Source of the DNA: an uncultured Actinomycetes bacterium
Lineage (GTDB): Bacteria > Actinomycetota > UBA4738 > HRBIN12
Direction: 5' to 3'
NCBI GenBank assembly: GCA_963734275.1
Contig: CAVTGO010000013.1
Location: 128,552-192,551 of the forward strand
DNA: 64,000 nt
The position numbers and the translations under genes were made by a program. Below the pieces are notes generated by a model. The model was not told the DNA's origin. It made no database searches and saw only the letters and a list, made by a program, of their open reading frames with translations. Positions 18,084 to 27,084 of the stretch are shown in pieces (position 1 is the first letter of the stretch; every line of letters starts with the position of its first letter).

Positions 18084-20531
18084 GTGCGCAAGCTCCAGGT
18101 CACCTACCTGCCGAGCGGCAAGACCGCCCACGTCCCCGAGGGGACCACGCTGTTCAACGCGGCTCACTGGGCCGGCCTGCCGATCGAGTCCACCTGCGGG
18201 GGGCGGGGCACGTGCGGCAAGTGCAAGGTCCGCGTCGTCGAGGGCATCCACGAGCCGACGCCGGCGGACCACCGAAAGCTCCCCGGCCAGGAGTTGGACT
18301 CCGGCTGGAGGCTCTCGTGCCAGCTCGCGGTCTCGGTCGACGCGGTGTGCGAGGTGCCGAACCTCCAGGTCACGCCGAAGGCCGCGACGATGGGTGTGGG
18401 GCGGTTCGTCCTGCTCGAGCCCAACGTGCAGAAGGTCCTCGTCGCGGTCGAGCCGCCGTCGCTCGAGGACGCGCGGAGCCACATCCGCCGGCTGCTGGAC
18501 GCGCTCGACGCCGAGGGGCTCGAGCCCACCTTCGGCCCGGCCGTGCTGCCGCGCCTGGCGCTCGCGATGCGCGACGAGCCGACGGAGGTCACCGCCACGA
18601 TCGTCGGGGAGCACCTCGTGGACGTCGAGGCCGGCGACACGAGCGGCACGATGTTCGGCGTCTCGCTCGACATCGGCACGACGACCGTCGTGGCCACCCT
18701 CGTCGACCTCACCACCGGCGCCGCCGCGGCCGTCGAGTCGACGATCAACAGGCAGGCGCCCTTCGGCGCGGACGTCATCGCGCGGATGGGGCACGCGATG
18801 ACCGGCCCCCAGGCGATCGACGACCTCCGCGCCGCGGCCCTCGATACGGTCAACGGGCTCCTCGAGAGCGTGTGCGCGACGGGCGGCGTCGCGCTCGAGG
18901 ACGTCTACGAGGTGGTGGTCGTCGGCAACGCGACGATGCTGCACCTGTTCCTCGGCGTCGACCCGCGCTCGATCGCGCTGTCGCCGTTCGTCGCGACCTT
19001 CCTCGAGCCGCAGGATCTGCGAGCGTCCGAGCTCGGCGTCGAGATCCATCCCGACGGCCGGGTCGCGCTGTTTCCCTCGATCGGAGCCTACGTTGGGGCC
19101 GACATCGTGGGTGACGTCGTGGCGACCGGCCTCGCGCGCGAGGAGGCCGTGCGGCTTCTCGTGGACATCGGCACGAACGGCGAGATCGTGTGCGGCAGCT
19201 CCGAGCGCGCGGTCGCCACCGCCGCGCCCGCGGGCCCGGCGTTCGAGGGCGGCCAGATCCTCCACGGGATGCGGGCCACCGAGGGTGCGATCGAAGGGGT
19301 CGTGCTCGACGAGGACGGGGTGCGCCTGCAGGTGATCGGCGGGGACGTGGCGCCCCGCGGGATCTGCGGGTCCGGCCTGATCGACGCGGTGGCTCAGCTC
19401 CGCCTAGCCGGGCTGTTGAGGGACAACGGGATCCTCCTGTCGCGCGACGAGGCCACGCTCGCGGGGCACCCGCTCGCCGGCCGCCTGGTCGACCGCGACG
19501 GCATCCGGGCGTTCGAGCTCGCCGAGGGCGTCCTCCTCACCCAGCTCGACGTCCGCGAGCTCCAGTCGGCCAAGGGCGCAATCGCGACCGGCATCGAGGT
19601 TGCGATGGACGCTCTCGGCGTCGGGGCGGAGGATCTGGACGAGGTGATGCTGGCCGGGTCCTTCGGGACGTACATCGACCCCGAGAGCGCGCGCGTGCTG
19701 GGGCTCGTGCCGCCGGTCCCGGTCGAGCGGATCCGGGCGGTCGGCAACGCCGCCAGCGAGGGTGCCAAGATGGCCCTCATGTCCTTCCGCGAGCGCGAGG
19801 TGGCGTTCGAGCTCCCGGCGTTCGTCGAGTACCTGGAGCTCTCGGGCGCCCCGGACTTCAACGACCGCTTCATCCGCAACCTCGCGTTCCCCGAGCTCGA
19901 CAAGCGCGGAGCGCGCCGAGTGACCTCCACCGGCGCCTCGGTGGCGTTCATCGCGTGCGGCGCGGTCGCCAAGGACACGGCGGCGATCGTGAAGGAGCGA
20001 GGCTGGAGCGCCGACGTGCACGGCATCTCGAGCGACCTGCACATGACGCCGCTCGACATCGGTCCGGCCGTCGAGGAGAAGCTCCAGGCGTTGCTGCCGA
20101 GGTACGACCGCGTGATCGTCGTCTACGGCGACTGCGGGACCGGCGGACGCCTGGACGCCGTCCTCGAGAAGTACCCGGCGGTCCGTCCGGCGGGGTTCCA
20201 CTGCTTCCAGTGGTACGCCGGCGAGCTGTACCGCCGGTTCGAGGACGACATCGGCATCTACTTCCTCACCGACTGGCTGGTGCAGAACTGGGACCGCGCC
20301 GTGATCCACGGCCTCGGCCTGGACCGCTTCCCGTGGCTGAAGGACGAGTACTTCGGCAACCTCACGCGGATCCTGTTCGTCCGCCAGCATCCCGATCCGG
20401 GGCGCGAGACCCGCGCGCGGGAGATCGCCGAGTGGATGGGCAAGCCGCTCGAGATCCACGACCTCGGAACGAAGCCGCTCGAGGACCTGCTCGTGCCGCT
20501 CATGGAGGAGACCTCGGATGTTCACGCCTGA
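18084..20531 (+). CDS. corrinoid reductive activase (RACo-like: 2Fe-2S ferredoxin + ASKHA ATPase) fused to a C-terminal DUF1638-like domain
   Basis: N-terminal plant-type ferredoxin motif CGGRGTCGKCKV. Central ASKHA-like region (GVSLDIGTTTV..., LVDIGTNGEIV). C-terminal roughly 200 aa (YDRVIVVYGDCGTGG...FLTDWL) resembles DUF1638. GGAGG RBS. Confidence 0.85.
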   Translation: MRKLQVTYLPSGKTAHVPEGTTLFNAAHWAGLPIESTCGGRGTCGKCKVRVVEGIHEPTPADHRKLPGQELDSGWRLSCQLAVSVDAVCEVPNLQVTPKAATMGVGRFVLLEPNVQKVLVAVEPPSLEDARSHIRRLLDALDAEGLEPTFGPAVLPRLALAMRDEPTEVTATIVGEHLVDVEAGDTSGTMFGVSLDIGTTTVVATLVDLTTGAAAAVESTINRQAPFGADVIARMGHAMTGPQAIDDLRAAALDTVNGLLESVCATGGVALEDVYEVVVVGNATMLHLFLGVDPRSIALSPFVATFLEPQDLRASELGVEIHPDGRVALFPSIGAYVGADIVGDVVATGLAREEAVRLLVDIGTNGEIVCGSSERAVATAAPAGPAFEGGQILHGMRATEGAIEGVVLDEDGVRLQVIGGDVAPRGICGSGLIDAVAQLRLAGLLRDNGILLSRDEATLAGHPLAGRLVDRDGIRAFELAEGVLLTQLDVRELQSAKGAIATGIEVAMDALGVGAEDLDEVMLAGSFGTYIDPESARVLGLVPPVPVERIRAVGNAASEGAKMALMSFREREVAFELPAFVEYLELSGAPDFNDRFIRNLAFPELDKRGARRVTSTGASVAFIACGAVAKDTAAIVKERGWSADVHGISSDLHMTPLDIGPAVEEKLQALLPRYDRVIVVYGDCGTGGRLDAVLEKYPAVRPAGFHCFQWYAGELYRRFEDDIGIYFLTDWLVQNWDRAVIHGLGLDRFPWLKDEYFGNLTRILFVRQHPDPGRETRAREIAEWMGKPLEIHDLGTKPLEDLLVPLMEETSDVHA

Positions 20532-21966
20532 GACGGCCCCGGCGGTGCTGTCCGACGAGCAACTCGCCCAGATCCACGAGACCGCCATGCGGATCTGCGA
20601 GGAGATCGGCCTCGACGTCCTGCACGACGGCGCCCGCAAGCTCCTTTCCGAGGCCGGCCTGAAGGTCGACGGCGACCGCGTCCGGTTCGACCGCGGGTTC
20701 GTGGAGGAGCAGGTCGCGAAGGCCCCGGCGTCGTTCGGGCTGCGCGCGCGCAACCCCGAGCGCTCGCTCGAAGTCGGCACCGGCACGCCCGTGTGGATGA
20801 ACGTCGGCGGGCCGCCGTTCGCGAGCGACCTCGACGAGGGGCGCCGCAGCGGCCGCGCGCAGGACCACGACGCCCTCGTGAAGCTCACGCAGGCGACCGC
20901 GGTCCTGAACTGCGTCCAGACCGGTGCGGTCGAGTCGGTCGACCTCGACGTGACCACCCGGCATCTCGACATGGAGTACTCGACGATCCGGTGGTCGGAC
21001 AAGCCGTACGTGACCTACGGGACCAGCGGCCCGAAGGCGCGCGACGGGATCGCGATGGCGGAGATCGTGCACGGCGGGCGCGAGGCGATCGAGCGAACGC
21101 CGGCGCTCATTGGCGTCGTGAACCCGAACAGCCCGCTCGTGTGGGACTTCCGGATGACCGACGCCCTGATCGCGTGGGCCGAGGCCAACCAGCCGGTGAT
21201 CGTGACGCCGTTCCTGCTGGCCGGCGCGACGAGCCCGGTCTCGATGGCGGGCGGGTTCGCCCAGCAGGCCGCCGAGGCCCTCTCGGGCGTGGCGCTGGCG
21301 CAGCTCGTGCGGCCGGGCGCGCCCTGCCTGTACGGATCGTTCTTCACGGTGACCGACATGCGGACCGGCGCGCCGGCATTCGGGACGCCCGAGGGCGTGC
21401 TGGCCGTGCTGGCCGGGGCGCAGATCTCGCGTCGCTACGGGCTGCCGTTCCGCGGCGGCGGCGGGCTCTCGAGCTCGAACGCCGTGGACGCGCAGGCGGC
21501 GGCCGAGACCCAGAACATGCTGTGGGCGACGCTGCTCGCCGGCACCGACGTGGTGCTCCACGCCGCGGGCTGGCTCGAGGGCGGGCTGACCGCCTCGTTC
21601 GAGAAGTTCGCGATGGACGTGGAGCTCCTGTCGCAGTTCCGGCGGATGGGGCAGGGGATCGGGTTCGGCGACGAGGAGCTGGCGTTCGACGCGCTGAAGG
21701 CGCTCGGGCCCGGCGGCCTGTTCCTGGAGTCCGACCACACGATGGCGCACTTCAAGGAGTGGCTCACGATGAGCCCGATCTTCCAGACGCAGGACTTCGC
21801 GACGTGGGAGATGTCGGGCTCGGTCGGGCCGGCGGAGCTCGCCAATGCGCGGTGGAAGGAGCTGCTTGCGTCCTACGAGGACCCCGGGATCGACGGGGCC
21901 GTGGACGAGGAGCTCCGCGCCTACCTCGAGCGCCGCAAGCAGGATCCGCCCGAGGACGAGGACTGA
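20518..21966 (+). CDS. MttB-superfamily methyltransferase, non-pyrrolysine type (quaternary amine:corrinoid methyltransferase, MtgB-like)
   Basis: 482-aa uninterrupted ORF (no in-frame TAG). The TIM-barrel MttB family pattern is present throughout. Start overlaps the RACo gene end. Confidence 0.9.
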   Translation: MFTPETAPAVLSDEQLAQIHETAMRICEEIGLDVLHDGARKLLSEAGLKVDGDRVRFDRGFVEEQVAKAPASFGLRARNPERSLEVGTGTPVWMNVGGPPFASDLDEGRRSGRAQDHDALVKLTQATAVLNCVQTGAVESVDLDVTTRHLDMEYSTIRWSDKPYVTYGTSGPKARDGIAMAEIVHGGREAIERTPALIGVVNPNSPLVWDFRMTDALIAWAEANQPVIVTPFLLAGATSPVSMAGGFAQQAAEALSGVALAQLVRPGAPCLYGSFFTVTDMRTGAPAFGTPEGVLAVLAGAQISRRYGLPFRGGGGLSSSNAVDAQAAAETQNMLWATLLAGTDVVLHAAGWLEGGLTASFEKFAMDVELLSQFRRMGQGIGFGDEELAFDALKALGPGGLFLESDHTMAHFKEWLTMSPIFQTQDFATWEMSGSVGPAELANARWKELLASYEDPGIDGAVDEELRAYLERRKQDPPEDED

Positions 21967-22088
21967 GCGAGCTCTCCTCGCGCCTCGGTTCAGGTGGACG
22001 ATCACCGAGATCGCGACCCCGTTCCGACTTGCCCTGGCAGCCATCGGGGCGGGAGGATGGCCGGGTTCATCGTAGATAGGGGGAGGGT

Positions 22089-22553
22089 ATGCGCGGGAAG
22101 GCGAGGATCATGCTTGCTGCCGCCGGTATCTCGGCGGTCGTCCTGGTGATCTCGTTGATCACCGTATCGAGCGCGGCCACCGTCACGAGGATCCACGTGA
22201 TCGAGCACGCGACGACCGACGTCGTGATCGACACGGACGGTGACGGAGCCGACTCGACAGGAGACCTGCTCACGTTCCACAACGAGCTGTTCGACGCGGA
22301 GAACGGCGTGGTCGTCGGCACCAATCAGGGCGACTGCATCCGTATCGAGGTCGGCGTGAGCTGGGAATGCCGGTTCGTGAACTTCCTCGAGGGCGGCTCG
22401 ATCACGGTGGAAGGGCCGTTCCTGGATGCCGGGCCCTCGACCTTCGCTATCACCGGAGGGACCGGTGTCTTCCGCGACGCCGGGGGAACGATGCGCCTGA
22501 TCTCGAACGAGGACGGCACCGAGTTCGACTTCATCTTCCGGGTCATCCGGTAG
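22089..22553 (+). CDS. secreted allene-oxide-cyclase/dirigent-like beta-barrel protein, hypothetical
   Basis: N-terminal signal-anchor MRGKARIMLAAAGISAVVLV. ITGGTGVFRDAGG motif typical of AOC-barrel-like proteins. GGGGGAGGG RBS. Confidence 0.55.
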   Translation: MRGKARIMLAAAGISAVVLVISLITVSSAATVTRIHVIEHATTDVVIDTDGDGADSTGDLLTFHNELFDAENGVVVGTNQGDCIRIEVGVSWECRFVNFLEGGSITVEGPFLDAGPSTFAITGGTGVFRDAGGTMRLISNEDGTEFDFIFRVIR

Positions 22554-22747
22554 TCGCATCCGAGTCGTCGCCCGTCCTGTTGCGATGTTGAGCTTGAGCC
22601 ACGGGGTTCAGCTCGAGGTAACGTCGGCTCGGCGCCTCTTGGCCTGGATTGGGTCCCCTACGCGGACATCTGGTGGGGCATGCTCGCTTGCGCTCTCGAT
22701 CGAAACAGAACAGACTCGCGCTGGTTCGGTCATGGTCGAGCTCGGGT

Positions 22748-23578
22748 ATGGTCGAGGAAGGGGTCGGCGAAGGCGTGGAGCAGCCGCTTCCGGCGGAGCG
22801 TCACCGGCGCATCCAGGAGCTCCTTCGTGACCGTCGCGTCGTCCGCGTGTCGGCCCTCTCCGAGATCATGGGCGTCTCCGAGGTCACGGTCCGGCGCGAC
22901 CTCGAGGCCCTCGAGCGCCGCGGCCTCCTCGAGCGGACGCACGGAGGCGCAGTGCTCACCCAGCGGATGCGAGCTGAGCCCGCCTATCTCGACGCCGCGA
23001 ACAGCAACCCATCGGAGAAGCGGCAGATCGGGCAGACGGCGGCCGGGCTCGTGGAACCGGGGGACGCCGTCTACCTGAACGGCGGAACGACGACCCTCGA
23101 GGTGTTCCGCAATCTCCGCGCCCCGGGCGTTACGGTGATCACGAACCACGTCGGGATCGCGCTCGAGGCACCGGACCACGACATCGACCTCCTTCTCCTC
23201 GGAGGCCACTATCGGGCGCCGAGCAACTCGGTGGTCGGGCCGTTCGCTACCGACGCGCTCCGGCGGACGCACGCGACCAAGGCGTTCATCGGCGTCGAGG
23301 GGATCAGCATGGGCTCCGGTCTCACGACACCGGTCGCCGCCGAGGCGGAGATCGCGCGCGTGATGATCGAGCAGACCCGCGGCCGGGTCGCGGTCGTCGC
23401 CGACCACTCGAAGATCGGGACCGTGGCCGACTTCGTGATCGGACCGCTGGGTCAGGTCGATCGCCTGATCGTGGACGCTGGGATCGGCATGGAGATCCGT
23501 GACCAGTTCGTGGAGGCGGGCGTGGACGTGATCGTCGCCGGGGAGATGGCCGCGCCGGCTGGGGTGGGTCGTGGATAA
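22748..23578 (+). CDS. DeoR/GlpR-family transcriptional regulator
   Basis: N-terminal HTH (RHRRIQELLRDRRVVRVSALSEIMGVSEVTVRRDLEALE) and C-terminal DeoR sugar-binding domain. Confidence 0.8.
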   Translation: MVEEGVGEGVEQPLPAERHRRIQELLRDRRVVRVSALSEIMGVSEVTVRRDLEALERRGLLERTHGGAVLTQRMRAEPAYLDAANSNPSEKRQIGQTAAGLVEPGDAVYLNGGTTTLEVFRNLRAPGVTVITNHVGIALEAPDHDIDLLLLGGHYRAPSNSVVGPFATDALRRTHATKAFIGVEGISMGSGLTTPVAAEAEIARVMIEQTRGRVAVVADHSKIGTVADFVIGPLGQVDRLIVDAGIGMEIRDQFVEAGVDVIVAGEMAAPAGVGRG

Positions 23579-24340
23579 GCGGTCGTTCGAGGCCGAGGCC
23601 GATCGGCTGGTCCGAGGCGCGCGCGCGAATGACATCACGCTCCGCGTGCTCGGAGCGCTCGCGTTCCACCGGCGCTGCCCGAGCCACTCCCACCTACAAG
23701 AGCGCCTGAAGCGCGTCTACACGGACATCGACTTCGGAGGCTACGGGAAACAGGTCCGCCAGATCCGCGGGTTCCTGGTCGCCCAGGGCTACGTCGAGGA
23801 CGAGATGACGTACGTCGAGTCCCAGGGCTCGCGTCTGGTCCTGAACCATCCGGGCATCGGATTGCACATCGACGTGTTCCTCGACAAGCTCGAGTTCTGC
23901 CACACGGTCGACTGGAAGGGCCGACTGGAGCTCGATGACTGGACGATACCGCTCGCCGAGATGCTGCTGCAGAAGATGCAGATCGTCCAGATCAACGAGA
24001 AGGACCTGATCGACACGATCATGCTGCTCCTCGAGTTCCCGCTGACCGAGGACGACAGCGGCGTGAACATCGCGCGCGTCGCTGGTGTGTGCGCGAAGGA
24101 CTGGGGCTGGTGGCGCACGCTCACGATGAACCTCGGCAAGGTTCGGCAGATGGCCGGGCATACGAGCGATCTCGAGCCCGACGAGACAGCGCCGCGTGGC
24201 GGAACAGGTCCACGCCGCCCTCGAGCGGATCGAGAGCGAGCCGAAGTCGCGGGCGATGGAGGATGCGCGCCAAGGTGGGTGACCGCAAGAAGTGGTACCG
24301 AGAGGTGGGTGAGCTGGCCGACCGGGTCCAGGAGCTCTGA
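23571..24340 (+). CDS. hypothetical protein; the C-terminal third appears frameshifted
   Basis: The first roughly 200 aa are protein-like (MDKRSFEAEADRLV...). Beyond about 24170 the reading frame decays and protein-like sequence continues in other frames. Confidence 0.35.
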
Positions 24341-24343
24341 AGC

Positions 24344-25340
24344 GATGCCGCTGTTCAGGAAGGGGAAGCGAGGCGGGCCCGACGCGGCTGTTCTACGCGT
24401 GCGACATCCACGGGTCGGAGCCCACGTACCGCAAGTTCCTGAACGCCGCGAAGTTCTACGAGGTGGACGCCCTCATCTTCGGCGGCGACCTGATGGGCAA
24501 GCTCCTGATCCCGATGGTGCCGACGCGGGTGGGACGTGGCGCGCGCGCCTGCAGGGACAGGACCACCACATCACGAGCGGTGAGGGCATGAAGGAGTTCA
24601 AGCGGACGATGCAGACGCTCGGCTTCTACTGGCAGGAGATGGAGCCCGAGGAGTACGGGACCTACGTGGGAAAGCAGGATCGGATCGACGACCTCTTCGA
24701 CGTCCTGGCCAAGGAGCGCCTGGCTGAGTGGGTCGAACTCGCGGAGGAGCGGCTGGCCGGTACCCACGTCCGCGTCTTCCTGTGCGGGGGCAACGACGAC
24801 ACCGACGAGGTCCTGACCGCCCTGGATGAGGTCCCGCATGATCGGGTCGTGAACGCGGAGAATCGCGCCGTGCCGGTGGACGACGAGCACGTCGTGGTAA
24901 CGATCGGCTACTCGACACCGACGCCGTGGGAGACGCCGCGCGAGAGGACCGAGTCCGAGATCGCCGAGGTCATCGAGAAGGTGATGGCCGAGGTGCCGGA
25001 CCCGTCGCGGGCGGTCTTCAACTTCCATTGCCCGCCGCTGGACTCCGGTCTGGACACGTGCCTGAAGCTCGACGCCTCGGTCTGGCCGCCGACGCCCGTG
25101 CTCGTGAGCGGCCAGCCCGTCTATTACGGCGCCGGCTCCCAGGCGGTGGCCGACGCACTGACGAGCTACCAGCCTACGGTTGGGCTCCACGGCCACATCC
25201 ACGAGTCACGGGGGGTGAACGACTACGGCCGCACGCCCGCGTTCAACCCGGGAAGCGAGTACGGGGAGGGGGTGTTGCGGGGTCTGATCGTGGCGATCCG
25301 AGGAGGAGAGGTCATCGGGCACCAGTTCACGTCCGGGTAG
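24344..25340 (+). pseudogene. metallophosphoesterase (calcineurin-like) disrupted by at least 2 frameshifts
   Basis: MPLFRKGKRG... in one frame, then RLFYACDIHGSEP...GGDLMGK in another, then ...GLHGHIHESRG in a third. Confidence 0.55.
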
Positions 25341-25375
25341 CCCGCACCTGGAGGCGTCGAGCACAAGGAGGGGGG

Positions 25376-27014
25376 ATGGCAGAAGCCGTAGCGCCGCAGG
25401 TCTTCACCCGGCGGGCCTCGGGCCTCGTCCGAGTGATGTCGCCGTACTCGGCGTTCATCTACAACGTCCTGACGATGGGGATCATCTTCCCCTGGACCTA
25501 CGTGTGGGCTCCCACAGCGTTCCAGGGGTCGAACCTCGTCCTCGGCATCGCGTTCGCGTTCGTGTTCGAGCTGCCGATCGCGCTCGCCTACGTGTGGCTC
25601 GCGACCGCGTTGCCGAGCTCGGGCGGGGACTACGTGTTCCAGAGCCGGGTGTTCGGGGGCGGGTTCGGGTTCACGGTGGTGTTCGCGTTCTTCGTCGTCT
25701 GGATCCTGCAGTGGGTGGCGCTGTCGGGATGGCTCCTCGCCGTCCTCGGCATCGCGCCCACGTTCATCGGCCTCGGGGTGACGCTGGAAAACCAGACGCT
25801 GATCAACTGGGGGCGAACGTCGCGACGGCGAACGGGATCATCGTGATCAGCATCCTGAACGCGTTGCGTGTCGCTGGTCGCTGCTCGTGACCGGGTTCCG
25901 GAACTACGTCCGGTTCCAGTACGTGATGTGGTACGCGATCCTTGCCTCGTTCGCCGTGATGCTCCTGCTCTTCTTCACGACGAACCCAGGCGACGCTGCG
26001 GGCGAGGCTGGACGAGTTCGCGCTGGCCACGGGCGGCGCGCCGGACTTCTTCGAGACCGCGAGGGCGGCGGCGGCCGACGCGGGCGTGAACTTCAACCCG
26101 CCGTTCTGGCTCTTCGGGACGCTGATGGTCGCGCCGATCGCGTGGACGAGCCTGCAGTGGGCCACCTACTCAGTCGGAGCAGGGCGGCGAGATCAAGAAC
26201 GCCAACGTGTTCCGCAGCCAGGTCTTCATCATCGTCGGCTCGCTCGCCCTCACCGCGGGGCTCCTGATCCTGCTGGCGCTGGCGATGGGCAAGGGGATCG
26301 GGCAGGACGGGCATCCTGGTCGCGTCCTCCGGCTACTGGTACGGGGTCGCGGAGGCGACGCATCGCGGGGACCTTCATGATGCCCAACCTGATCGCGATC
26401 GGGCTCACGACCAGCCCGATCCTGATCGCGATCATCGGCATCGGGTACATCCTCAACTCGTTCCAGATCGTCTGTAACTGCTACATCGGGACGACGCGGA
26501 TCATGGTGGCGCAGGGGCTGGACGGGTTGCTGCCGGACTGGTTCGCACGGGTGCATCCGCGGTGGAAGACACCGGTGAACGCGCACATCGCCTACTTCCT
26601 GGCGGCGATCCCGGTGATCTGGGGCTACAACAAGATCGGGAGTGGGTGCGGTGGACGCTCGGCGTCACGTTCGCGAACGGCGCGGTGATGACGCTCTCTG
26701 CGCTGGCGGCGGCGCTCCTGCCGTACCGGGCGGCCAAGCTCTACGAGGCGTCGCCGGGGGCGCAGTACAAGGTCGGCAACACGCCGATGGTGACCGTGTT
26801 CGGGGCGCTCGGGTTCCTGTTCGGGGCCTTCATGGTGGGGTCGTTCCTGTTCGTGGAGGACCTCGGCCTGGCGTCCTCGAACGACGCCGTTCCCGTACTA
26901 CATCGTCCTGGGAACGGCGGTGTTCGGGCTGCTCGTGTACTGGTGATGCGGCAGGTCCGGGCGAGCGCCGGCCTCAAGGTCGAGTACGCGTTCCGGGAGA
27001 TCCCGCCGGAGTAG
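25376..27014 (+). pseudogene. APC-family amino acid/polyamine permease disrupted by at least 3 frameshifts
   Basis: TM-rich permease segments spread over ORFs 24926..25846, 25887..26267, 26086..26688 and 26562..27014 in three frames. AAGGAGGGGGG RBS before the ATG at 25376. Confidence 0.6.
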
Positions 27015-27084
27015 CGGGTAGCCGGACGCGGTGGTGGTGGGGCGGGGCCGTTGGCCCCGCCCCATCCGTCTCCGGGAGGGCTCG

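Noticed and set aside
22730-22756. Direct repeat ATGGTCGAG x2 at the DeoR start, considered as a regulatory repeat
   Set aside because: Short 9-nt duplication 18 nt apart. Most simply explains two alternative in-phase-looking starts, only the second of which is in the DeoR frame. No further support.
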